From: Balanoglossus misakiensis
Lineage: Eukaryota; Animalia; Hemichordata
Assembly (NCBI GenBank): GCA_040954595.2
Contig: CM082584.2
Location: 9,877,061-9,941,060, forward strand
Length of the DNA stretch: 64,000 nucleotides
Direction: 5' to 3'
Positions 1-11,262 of the stretch are shown piece after piece; the first letter of the stretch is position 1, and the number at the start of each line of letters is the position of its first letter. The translations under genes were made by a program, and so were the position numbers. The notes under the pieces are model-generated. The model had not been told where the DNA came from. It did not search any database and saw only the letters and a program-made list of their open reading frames with translations.

Positions 1-1546
1 CGCAGCGTTGAATGTTACTCGGGGAGTACTGTAACCCCAAACGAGGGTCTCGGGAACCCAACCCAACCCATCAAGCATCGCCGATGATTGGACAGACCTC
101 GACGCGCTGAGAAGTAACCTTGATTGGTTTGCTGCTCGCTCGCTTGACATTGCCTGGAAACAAGACGGATGTGGTAAATGCGCACGCGCTGACTATAGTG
201 CAGCGCTCGGCGAGAGTATTGCCCGGTTCTGGTTCCCAGCAAGAGGACAGGTGTTTAAAAGGTAAATCGGACAATATTGCGCAGTTTCATTTAGTCGAAT
301 GGGATTTATGAGGTTGTCAAGGCAATGTTTTGTGAGGTACACAAACACGCGTTTTAGTTTCAAGGGTTCTCCTGATCAGTATCTATCTCCGTTTGATGAT
401 GTCAGATTTTAAGGTTGTAGTTCCTCATTTGATGCCTAGAAGAGTACCTACGCCCAACCGCAGTGTGTTGTAGAGTCTACCATGACAATTGTACTGGTCA
501 AAAAACATTACATGTGAAAGTACTTTAAAACTTCTCACGTAAAGTGGCGACAGCGAACAGTCGTGGAACTTCATGCAGCAGTATCGAGGCAGGAGCCCGT
601 CCAGATTTACAGCGCGATCAGGGAAACACCGTGACCATTATGGTCGATAGTGTTTTTTTTTATCAAACCTTTGACTGCAGAAGGTCTTGAAAACTAAGGG
701 CAACCTTCAATATGCTAATAAGGCTCGTAGACCAGTTTCAACTTTTGCCTTGACTTCGGGTCGCAGTCGTCTCAAATGGGTGCCAGCCACAGTAGCAAGT
801 TTACTGGGGGCTCGCTTTTCTTCACCTCATGTGACCAATTTAGTTTTATTTTCGGATTGACGAGGATTAGACGAACGGCATGCGTGTTAAACGGTTTGGC
901 TGTGGCCGGTGGACAATTAGTAGCGCTCTCAAAGGTCGGGGCCCCGCCTAGTTGGTTTTACTGCTGGTTCTCGAATGAGGCGCGTATAGGTTATTGCCAC
1001 AAGGAACAATGTTTCGAATCATTTGTTTCATGATGTATAATGGTTGATCCCATTTACCGGAAAAAAAACGCACGAAGACCGTTGTTATCTGCAGTAATAA
1101 GTAAACTAGCTAACGTTTTGGCAGAATATATCTTCCATTCGGGACAGGTCGTGCATCACTTGTGGCAGATTGACACCTTCTGGTATAAAAGCCCTTAATA
1201 AACTGGATACATAGAAATATAATTATGCCCTACTCTTCACGTCGCTCGGAAACGTATCATGCATAGGCATGTACTAGCTTCAAACTAATCCTATCGGCTA
1301 TTATGTTGAGGCGTATTAATGTTGGTGTACTAAAGTTAAGATGGTCTAACCGCTCTGTATATATATACACTTTGTGAGTTGAATGTATTTTCCATCATTT
1401 TTCGTGTACGCCTGATATCGGCTTTATTCACATTTACTGTCTGTCTCTCCATCTCTCTCGCCCTCTGTTTCTGTCTCTCTCCTCCCTCCCTCTCACCCCC
1501 CTCCCTCTTCTCTCGCATAAACAAGTAGCATAGCTGCACCTTCAAA

Positions 1547-3376
1547 ATGGCCGATCCAAACTCGGGAAGATCACTGGAACAAGTCATTGATGAGAAAATC
1601 CTTCTTTGCCCAATCTGTAAGGAGCGGATGACGAAACCTAAAATTCTCCCGTGTGTTCACACCTTTTGTGAGAAATGTCTTGACACGTGGGTCAGAGAGA
1701 AAGGAGGAAGGCTTCACTGTCCGACGTGCCGGAGTTTGAGTCTAGTGCCACTGACAGGGGTGAGGGGTCTCAACAATAATCATTACATCAATGATCTCAT
1801 CGAAGTCTTTCAAAATCTGCAGCCAAAGTCCGACGAACAAGCGTGTGATATCTGCGGCAGTAAAGCTGTTTGCTGGTGTACAGAATGTGCCCAATTCTTC
1901 TGCAGTATTTGCCGACTCTCTCACAGAAAGACACGAGCGACAAAGATTCATCGATTGATGTCCACTGAAGACTATAACAACATGGCGAATTCTGGCCTGT
2001 ATCACGTGATTCGTCCCCGATTCTGCGCAGACCACGAGGCCAGCCAGTTGAAACTTTTCTGCGAACACTGCCAGGTCACGATTTGCATGGAGTGCGCAGT
2101 GACCGCCCACAAGGGCACGGCGCACAGCCTGCTGTCCTTGGAGAACGCGTCGAAGAAGTACGGTCCCGAGCTGCGGGGAAAGGTGGATGAGTTGTCGAAC
2201 AAAATGACTTCCCTCCGGGAGAAGAAACGAAGGTCAGAGGGAATCATCGAGTGCTTCGAGAAAAACCAACGCAAGGTGAAGCAGCACATAAGGGAGAAGG
2301 TCGCAAAAGTTATCAGACGAGTGAAAGACGACGAGCGAACATTGTTGGAGACGGTGTCTGCGATTGGCGGACGGAGAATAAAGGAACTGCGAGCAGAGAT
2401 CGAAAAGATCGAATGTGACATAGCATGCGCAGAAAACATGAACGACTACGCGCAGTGTCTGTTGCAACACGGCAACGCAGCGGATATACTTTCCCAGAAG
2501 AAAGAAATGGAGGCGAGATTGAACGAAGTTGTGAATTCATCAGCGTCTGGTCGACACGAATCTCATCCAATCAGCTGTTGTCTTGTCTTTCAAGAGAGCC
2601 AACCACAGTTCCCCATCGGAGAAGTTATTGACCAATCAGGAACGCCAGAAGCCGACGCACACGTGAACGCAATGCTGCAAGAACTTGAAAGATCTGAGTC
2701 GACAAGTCCCGGAGTTAGGATTGGCAATATGCCAAAGGGCACCATGGACGTTGACGAAACCTGGAAGATTCGCATAACGTATAAATTTACAGATGGAATA
2801 CAAGGGGTAAGGGTGACGAAACTTTATCCGAATCTTTGAATTTTAGACCTCAGGCCGCGACTCGGACGCGATGCGAAGGCCCCGTCAAACAATAAATGAC
2901 GATTTGTAGTCTTCTACTTTATGTAAATACTTACATATCGTTATCCCCGATTCAGCTTAATTAATAATTTTTCCAAATCATATCATCATGGTTGCAGCCC
3001 GAACATCCCAACCCCGGGCAACCGTACAAAGGCCGTGTGTTCGAGGGATTGTTACCGAAGACAGAAGAGGGTCGCGACATTGTCCGACGGTTGGGGATTG
3101 CGTTTGATCGCCGAATGACTTTCACCATCGACGAGAAGACAAACACGGTAGACTGGAATGGCATAACACACGCTGACCTGTAAGTTTTTTTCCACATCGC
3201 TAAATGAATGCCTAAATTCCAATCACGTTTTTTTTTTATGTTCAAAACTTGGACAGTGTTTCTTACCGAAGTTGATTAAAAGACCCCATTTCCTATACTT
3301 TCTCAGGTCTGATTGCTACCAGATTTCTTACATGACAAAGGTGAAGGAGGAGTTAGCCGAAAAGGGTGTGTGGTAA
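1547..3376 (+). CDS. TRIM-family E3 ubiquitin ligase (RING-Bbox1-Bbox2-coiled coil) with C-terminal Deltex C-terminal (DTC)-like domain; 3 coding exons, about 503 aa
   Basis: Exons 1547-2806, 2998-3179, 3307-3376 (GT-AG introns, phases 0 and 2, frame continuous, TAA at 3374-3376). C3HC4 RING CPICKERMTKPKILPCVHTFCEKC...CPTCR; B-box1 CDIC...CTECAQFFCSICRLSH...H; B-box2 CADH...FCEHCQVTICMECAVTAH...H; charged helical region. C-terminus GNMPKGTM...ITYKFTDGIQG|PEHPNPGQPY...LPKTEEG...AFDRRMTFTI...WNGITH...YMTKVKEELAEKGVW follows Deltex C-terminal motifs. Confidence 0.9.
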
Positions 3377-4196
3377 ATGCTAGTTATGAACAGAAAACAT
3401 ATGATCGTTTGGTTCATTCAACAACTATTCTGAATTTTAGAAAGATTATTTTTCGTTTCTCTGCTTGCACTCAAGACAACGGTTCAAACCCGCTTCGTTA
3501 ACGACCAGTGTTCGAGTTCTTCGGCATGGAATCTTTAAACCACCTCCCTTTTCAGGGCTGTCGTAATGTTAAAATGATGATCTTTTGTAATTTTTCATAC
3601 TTAGATAAAGAATAGCTTTACATGTAATTTTTATCTCCACTGTCATACGGGCCAATAAGCCCATTAATAAGCCCCCAATACGTGTACGCATGCGCTAGCA
3701 GTGGTCCATTTGTTATCGTACGGATCAGTGGTCGGTAATAGCCGCCGATATACAAGGTAATGTTCAACACTGTCAAAACATTTAACTTCCTTAGCAAGGA
3801 CTCGCACTGATCAGCTATGTGCGACACGAACTGATTCAGCAACTAGTAACATAACATGTCCGCGGGATTTTTGTGGCAAAAAATCGTTTTGGACTCCTTG
3901 TGGTAGGCCAGATGTTAGTGGACTCATCTGCACTCTGCTGCCAAGCTAACCTTTGCCAACACTTGCTAATCTATTGCACGTAATCGACAGGCATCTAGGC
4001 GGCACGTTCGGAAAGCACTGGTCACCAATAATTCATAATCCAAAGTGACAAGCTTTATTACCTCATGAAATTTATGTAGTCACAATGACTTGTATACTTG
4101 TGCCACTCAGTGCATACACAAAAACATACCCCCTTATACATTCTGAATATATGATATGAAACTCCTCACAGAAGAGGTGTCCGATCTACTATTTAA

Positions 4197-4901
4197 ATGG
4201 CAAAGTCGACAGAGACCCAACAGAACCAAACAGGCAACTATCACACGCCTTCTGCAAAGCCATCATCAATCGAGAACGTTGAATTCGGGAACATGCCAGA
4301 AGGTGTCATGGGTGCCAAGGCGTCTGGTCTCCAGATTTTCGTGACTTACATCTTTGGAGACGGGACACAAGGGGTAAGATGCTGCTGTATGTCTTGAACA
4401 CTTTGTTCCTTGAAGTCGGGTGGAATCGAAGTGGAAATATTGCGGTTTTACGGCAGTTATACATTCTTCTCTCGCGCGTGTGAACACAAAAACACAGTCA
4501 CACTTTCTCGTTCGTCTTGTTATTCGTGTTGTTCCAGGCCGAACATCCGAACCCCGGGCAGCCGTACCAAGGCGGTCGGTTCAAGGGATGGCTGCCGAAC
4601 AACGACGAAGGCAACGAAATCGCCCGACGGTTGAGGATTGCATTCGATCGACGGCTGACTTTCACCATCGATGGGAAGACAAACAAAGTAGCCTGGAATG
4701 GCATAACACACGCCGAAGAGTTGTAAGCCTGACCTTTATTTTTGTAAACACGGTAATACAACTATACTCTGCTAATGTTGTGTACTTGATAGTTAAATTA
4801 AAACTTTTCATTTTTGCAGGTTTCAGCTCTTTGAAGGTGATTTTATCCAACTTTACATGAAACAAGTCAAAGAAGAACTGTCAGCAAAAGGAGTGGTGTA
4901 G
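4197..4901 (+). CDS. Stand-alone Deltex C-terminal (DTC)-like domain protein, 3 exons, about 147 aa; paralog of the TRIM C-terminus
   Basis: Exons 4197-4373, 4538-4722, 4820-4901 (phases 0 and 2, same as the TRIM gene); in-frame TAA at 4194-4196 just before the ATG. Translation ...GNMPEGVM...VTYIFGDGTQG|AEHPNPGQPYQG...WLPNNDEG...AFDRRLTFTIDGKTNKVAWNGITHAEEL|FQLFEGDFIQLYMKQVKEELSAKGVV*. Confidence 0.8.
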
Positions 4902-5141
4902 ACATCCAAAATTGGTCTTGCGTGTTAGTGTCAGAAGCACTGTACAGAAAAAATATCTAGTATGCGACCTTTAATTCGGTTATATCATTAATGCAACTGA
5001 AATTACAGTTTTGATCAACTTCTTTCATGTTAGTTTTTCTTTATATGTTTAAAAATCTTAGAAAATCGCGACTACGTCACCTCCATAACTATAACTATAG
5101 TCTATCTATATTTTATGTATAGTTTCAAAGTGCTGATGAGG

Positions 5142-8100
5142 TCAGACACTGATGATAAAAACAATGGCTGTGATTACTGAATACCACAATGCGTAGTTGG
5201 AATGGGTTCTTTGCGCTGCGCCTGTTTAGGGAGAGAAAATAGCGAATGAAGATTTAAAACCGAAGCGATTCCAGTTGTCGTTACCGAAAGAAAAAAAAGA
5301 ATACGCTATAAGCTTAGTGGTAGAGTAGATGCAGTTGGTAGAATGGTGTCGATTAAAAATCCGAGTCGTTATTTGGTGGAACACCAATTTTCGTAATGTT
5401 GGGAAATACGCCATCACACTAATTACAATTACTTGGCGAAAATAAGTGGGCACTTACCCACGGGACAGTTTGTTCCAGTGTCATTTCCCAGCTCAATTAA
5501 CATGTTAGTTGCCGCCGTCGTCGTCCTTGCCAGAAATAACAGATTATCTTCAGTTATCATCACTTCGCGGCTGTCGCAGGCCTCGTGGTAACACGTTGTC
5601 ATTGGATGGCGAAAATTGGCTTAGAAGTGAAAGAAAAAATGGATGCCGAAGAATGAGAGCTACTCAAACCCTGTATCATATATGTGCTTGACAATGATCG
5701 ATAAATGTAATTCACGCTCTATGTACTATCCAACAACTCACCGGTGTCTGTTATGAACAGGGCAGGCAGATATGGAGGCCCGCTCTTCCAAAACCGGGCG
5801 TGGTCACTTCTGAAGAAATTTCCCAACATGGCTTCGTGTTCAGGTGCTGGAACACCTATGGAAATGAGAGGTATTTTCGTTGATATTTCCTTGATTCTCT
5901 GTCTGTCTGTCTGTCCATGTCTGTTTGTCCGTCCGCCCGTCCATCTGACGTCTGTTTGCCAGTCTATTTCTCTGTACATCGCCGTGGATATGCACAAGAA
6001 CTCTCGCTTGGTACGAGGCCAGCTTTTGATCAAAATATCATATCTCGTTACTTACTCCATGAGATTTGCATACAGTCCGACTCTTCAATAACTTTAAGCA
6101 ACTCACCTTCGAAAGGCAGTTCGAAGACTTCGGTGTACATGCCCGGCACTTCCACCTCCGACAGGTGTGACGTAAATTTCGCCGAAAAGTCCGCATCGGT
6201 CTCTCTACCTATGACGGTGATAAAGTCACCCGGAAAGCCACGTGACTCCATGTGCTGATAAACATCTTGAGGAAGCTATGCAAAAGATAGATACCGACTA
6301 TTTGTAACCTTGTCTGATGGTCAATGCAGTCCACAATCCACATTCTGTCGTACATTTCCGCCATTTCAAATGAACGATTGAAAAACACGAGTACATTGTC
6401 CGGTTCACAACACGTAACATTATGACTACATCTGTGCTCTTGGTATGCTAAACAACTCAGTCACATCAACCAATTATACAAGCTTCATAGAATGCACCTG
6501 GTGAATGACACAGTTCGATTGGATAGTTGTCAATCAGCGCATCTGTCAGATGGTCAGTGAGGTGCCACGTTTACATCATCATTCACCGAGAACTCAAATT
6601 TTGACAAACAAAAATCGTGTCCGAAAGTAGTGACGAGAACGACCTATTCATTATCCAGAGCAATTTCCGACAAGCAAGTGAACGCGAAGGGCGTAGCTTT
6701 CACGATATGGACTGGATTTTCCAAGATTTTGGTAGCCTCATTGAAGAGAATGTACATAAACCATCGGTCATGGAAAGTGTCCTGCCGAAAATCAAGGGTG
6801 CCTTTCTCCTGGCCTGCAGCCGCCATTGCGCACATCCTCTACTGTAAGTACCATTTTTTCTGTCATTTTGTCTCGGAACTTGTACATTTATAGTCGTGTT
6901 ATTATATTGATTAGGATTTTTTTCGAATTTTGTAACTCGGCAAGTTACCCCAAGAAAATTCTGCTACGTCGAAAAAATTACCGAAACTTTCGGGTGAAAC
7001 CGCGTGCGAGGTGAAATGAAACCCTAGTATAGCGTCGAGCTAAGGGCAGTCACCTGGAAGCATTTTTCTTGCCGGAAAACGGCGGCATTTCTTCGTATTA
7101 CTCGGGTACATTGCAATATCTGGATATGGCACACTGCACCAGTGCAATATCTCAGCGGACGAAATAATGCAATAGCACATCAGATAATATCCCATGAGAA
7201 CAAATAGAGTCAGTGATGTAACTGTGCATAATTATCTCCAGTGCAATATTCAACTCACCAGAAACACCTCCTGGGGAAACTCCTGCGAGCTGTTTGTGTT
7301 GTTATAGTTTAGAATGGTCTCCATGATTAGAGCTCCTTGAAACTGACTTCTGGCAGTTTGACTGATGTTCAGAAACGGTTCTAGCCACTCATTCACAAAG
7401 TGCTTGCTGCCGACGCTGATGTCATCGGGGACTATAAGTGATTAAAAATTGAATTGGTCAGAGAGCTGAAGGATCTTCAAATGATGGTGTTGGTTGTGAT
7501 GATGATGGAATTTCACACAGCAACTTCAAATTAAAGTCAGCTAACATGATAACGAATTAACGAGTAAAAACAAAACTTTTACCAGTTTGATACTCTTCCA
7601 AGTCAAACGCAACAAACATTACGGTGTTCACAGGTTCGCAGAGCCCTTTTGTTACCATGACAGCGGCTTCCAAGAGAAGCGCTACGCCTGATCCGTTGTC
7701 ATCAACGCCAGGAGTCGTTGCCGTTGTGTCGTAGTGCGCCCCCAAGAGTACAACATTGTCCTGGGGGGTTCCGACGAATTTTCCCTCCAGAACACCGACG
7801 ATATTGACCCCCTCATACTGTTGGATAAATCATGCAAATAACATGAAACATTTGGTCCTTGGTGTTCTCGTCTGCTGCGAGATAAGCGGTGATAGCAAAA
7901 CGAGACTTCAATAGGGGAAACTTCCTCTCTCATTCTCACAATGGAAAAGAGAAGTAGACAAGTAAAAAACAAACTTGAGTCTGTATTCGACAAATCGTTA
8001 CCTCGTCGTTTGTACCCGAGAATTCCTGGAGCTCGACCTTTAGGTGGCAGCCTTCCAGGGATTCCTTGATATAATTCCTGACGTTGTCTTTGTTGAATTC

Positions 8101-8816
8101 GTTGACATCATGGTGTCTGTTTTTATCCAAATGTTCTTCAAGGCGCTGACGTAACTTTGAGCCAAGCTCCTGTAGGTCGCCCTCTTCGGCAGCAACCCAT
8201 GAGATACAAGTCAGAACGATACCTGAGAAATGAAAAAATGTTTCTGCTTTTAGACATGCGCAGCATTTGTCTACTTCTCTTGTTGGTGATTCGCGTTCTC
8301 TGTAAAGAGTCAAAGGATTGACCCAAATTCCCGTCATCATGGGGTCACTGGAGGCGTTCAGTAAATGAATTTGAAACATCGTTCGTGACCTTTGTCCTTG
8401 ACATAAAATAATGTCCAGTGCCGTTTCAAAGCAACCTACTGGCCTTTCACAAGGCAGACAACATTCAGAATCACAGTGTCGAGTATGTATGGCAGAATAT
8501 TATTGCAATCACGTGTGACGGAATCCCGCGCTTACGCACGTATCTTTAATGTGATATTAGACCAACGTAGTGCACAACTATACGCACAAAAATACCACTT
8601 TAAGAAAATTCAGGACTAATTGCCCAAGAAATTATACACAGAGCTTGGAATTTTGCGAATCAATCAATGCCGGGGTTTCACCATTTTTCTTTAAGTCTGA
8701 CCAGCAACGGAAATCTAAATATATTCAACCAAGTACATGATAGACAGGGATGGTCAGTCATGAGACGCAGACTTACCCGTAACCAAGAACAAACGCAGAT
8801 ACATTGAGGTCGCCAT
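5142..8816 (-). CDS. M28-family zinc metallopeptidase (YfbL-like), signal peptide plus hydrophobic C-terminal tail; 8 exons, about 397 aa
   Basis: Minus-strand exons 8777-8816, 8002-8222, 7583-7817, 7259-7431, 6107-6275, 5742-5855, 5458-5619, 5142-5221; phases join into one 1194-nt ORF. Motifs GAHYDT, PGVDDNGSG, FVAFDLEE, GALIMET, FFRSDH, ITDTANFR, CYHEACD. N-terminus MATSMYLRLFLVTGIVLTCISWVAA; C-terminus YALWYSVITAIVFIISV*. Confidence 0.88.
6374..7175. mobile_element. Dispersed repeat, probable non-autonomous transposon remnant, copy 1 (in M28 intron 4)
   Basis: Homologous to about 18958-19745 and, with more divergence, 31439-32070. It makes intron 4 much longer than the other M28 introns. 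Boundaries approximate. Confidence 0.5.
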
Positions 8817-8922
8817 GGTGACGGTGAAAGCATCCACTGTCTATTGCGTAGCTGGAACGCACAGTAGGCAGATTTTGGTATCAGTTGAAATTTGAAGACA
8901 CGAACAGTATGGGTTGTCGGCC

Positions 8923-8964
8923 CTATATAAGTTGCACTTCAGTTCTTGAAGCGTGCGCATGCGC
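8923..8964 (-). promoter_or_regulatory. Putative M28 gene promoter: TATA-like box and NRF1-like palindrome
   Basis: Minus-strand TTATATAG at 8923-8930, about 110 nt upstream of the ATG at 8816; TGCGCATGCGC at 8954-8964. Both are kept in the duplicate (about 21705-21746). Confidence 0.4.
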
Positions 8965-11230
8965 TTAGTACTAGACCATGAAAATGACCTCGGCATTAGC
9001 AAGTGCATTTAAATTTCAAACAGAGCGTGAAATGTTTGCCGAAAGATGTACAGGGACCACCTCATTCTAATTTTGTCAAGGCCTTTAAATGAAATTTTTA
9101 AAAAAAACACGTCTCCCCCCTTTTTTTATAGAAATAACTCCCTATTCTCTCCTACAATTCAAACACGCCGGGCATGTACATTGTTGACGTTTGTCATATC
9201 TAAGTGACAGAATTTCTAGAAATGTCGTGGCATCGTTCAGTTTCGTGTTCGCCATTGCATTACTGCCACTGTGATTGTGGCAAGGAACACAGTGAGGGTG
9301 GTTGATTGACGTTCGAGCCTATGTTGAGTACCGCGTCCCCAGCAGAGAGTCTGTGACACCGAGATTATCGCTGACTCGGAATTTCTTCTTTGGATTCATC
9401 TCTGCAGACTGCAACGAAATAGGCGTGTACGGAGGGATTTTATTTCAAAAAGTAGATTTTGTAAAACGAGGCTAAAGTGGCTTTCTTAAAGCTGATCGGA
9501 TGAGTGGGCGCTTTCATGATTTTTCTCAGAAAAGCCTACTGTGGCCGTTTCGTAACCGACCATAATGCAAATGTTATCGCTGTTTGTGATTTACAAATGA
9601 AAGTAATTAGGCCTAAGGTATGTTCAATTCATCGTGTCGTCAGTTTTTCGTCATTGTGGTTATGTTCGATTAACGATACAGAAACAGACTAAATTTATTA
9701 TTGCTATATACAAATTCTTGCCCTGCAATAAAAGTCGATATTTCCTATTTTTATCACAAATTATCAGTGGTCTCGGGTGGAACATGAAACGGTCTATTGT
9801 TTTACCCATGAATAAATCCAAAGCTCAAAGTAGACACTTTTCCTGCAATAAATTTGCTATTGTACAAGAATCAGGACTCTAAACACCAACCACATGGGAA
9901 GGTTCTGTTATATTGCACCACAGCGCACGTCCACTGTTACCAAGGTCACGCGTGTTTTGTTTTTGGTTGATTATTGTTCACATGAGGTTTAGTTGGGCGG
10001 AGCAAAAGTCGCCATTGCATTGGCAGTAGTGATAATTGTTGTCTTGCACGATAAGATAGTGACAGATGTATAATTCACTGAAACATATATCGCCACCCTG
10101 CTTGCATGTTTACAAGGTGTGAAATACCTGAATGACACATACTATATGGTTCACACTAGAAAATGGAATGTGATGTTTTTCCATGCATTGCTGCAGATCG
10201 ATCTAATCTGAGTTTGAGTGACAGGTGATGACTCAGCATTTGTCTTGGTACCAGCAGACTATAAATACAAAAGACTCGCTGAAATCACATCATGCACGAC
10301 CAGACGTTTGCGCCGTCTTTGTTCAGATTTCAATGCATTAGAGTAAGCACCTTCACATAACGTTGTCTAGGCATTTTCTTCCTGAAAAGAGATTAGCTAG
10401 GTACCTAGAATCATGACAGATCAATCGTAAAACCGACTAACGAGAAGCTTTTATTCAGCGCCACTGAATTAAAATATGCACATGTATCTATGTTGAATAA
10501 CAAAGATGTTTACTATCGTTTCCCACGCAAACTATCCAAATTCTCATTTTCCCACAGAGAAGTAACACGGACCTTGGGGGCCATAATGAAACTCAATTAT
10601 CATAAAAGTCCCCCCGTTATTGGTTCTATAAACCAAAATCTTCCAAGATTATCCCTCCCGAATTCCTTTCCGTTTTCCCAACAGGGAGGACGTAAAGTGC
10701 ACGTAACTAGTCGATTGTAACTATTTTGGAATAATTGCCTGGTAGCCTGCCTCGGTGACAAACACCTATCTTCGTGACGCGTCTTGCTTAGTCACGTGAG
10801 ACGCAGTGTTCAGCGAATTGGAAAAACTGCATTCTGATAAAATATATGAAAAGCCCCATGCATTCGTCGGCATAATTGCGAGTTTCTTCGCAAATTCTCC
10901 GTTCGATTGACAGGACTTTGATAGTTTGCCAGCTTTATCAAATGCTAATTGTAGATTTGACTAACAACTTGCGCTTCAAGGTCGTTTCAATTCCTGAAAC
11001 AGAGTTCCAAAGAACTCGTTACGTCACTAAATGAATTCGTCACGGTCTGAGGATCCGAGACGGTCACTACGGATTGTTCATCTTCACAATGTCCCTTTCT
11101 TTTCACTTGACTTGCAAATAAGACGCAATGAAATCCTCGTCCCAGTCCCTTTGTAACATTAATCCTAATTGTAAATGAGATTTAATGAACGAGTTGTCAA
11201 AATCTTAATGAGACACTAATGACTATCTAG

Positions 11231-11262
11231 TGACGTCACGGTAGACCCCCATCCTATATAAA
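11231..11262 (+). promoter_or_regulatory. Putative promoter of LDLa-CAP gene copy 1 (CRE + TATA)
   Basis: TGACGTCA at 11231-11238 and TATATAAA at 11255-11262, about 90 nt upstream of the signal-peptide ATG at 11345. Confidence 0.55.

Noticed and set aside
80-266. Two CCAAT boxes and a donor-like AAG|GTAAAT as a possible non-coding first exon of the TRIM gene
   Set aside because: Plausible given the polypyrimidine tract before 1547, but motifs alone cannot link it to the gene.
2807-2839. C-terminal VRVTKLYPNL of the 430-aa ORF as the true TRIM end
   Set aside because: Read-through into an intron; the GTAAGG donor at 2807 splices in frame to the conserved PEHPNPG exon.
9980-10078. Minus-strand Cys-rich frame ELYICHYLIVQDNNYHYCQCNGDFCSAQLNLM after a TTTCAG acceptor
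   Set aside because: Too short, no partner exons found and no family I can name with confidence.
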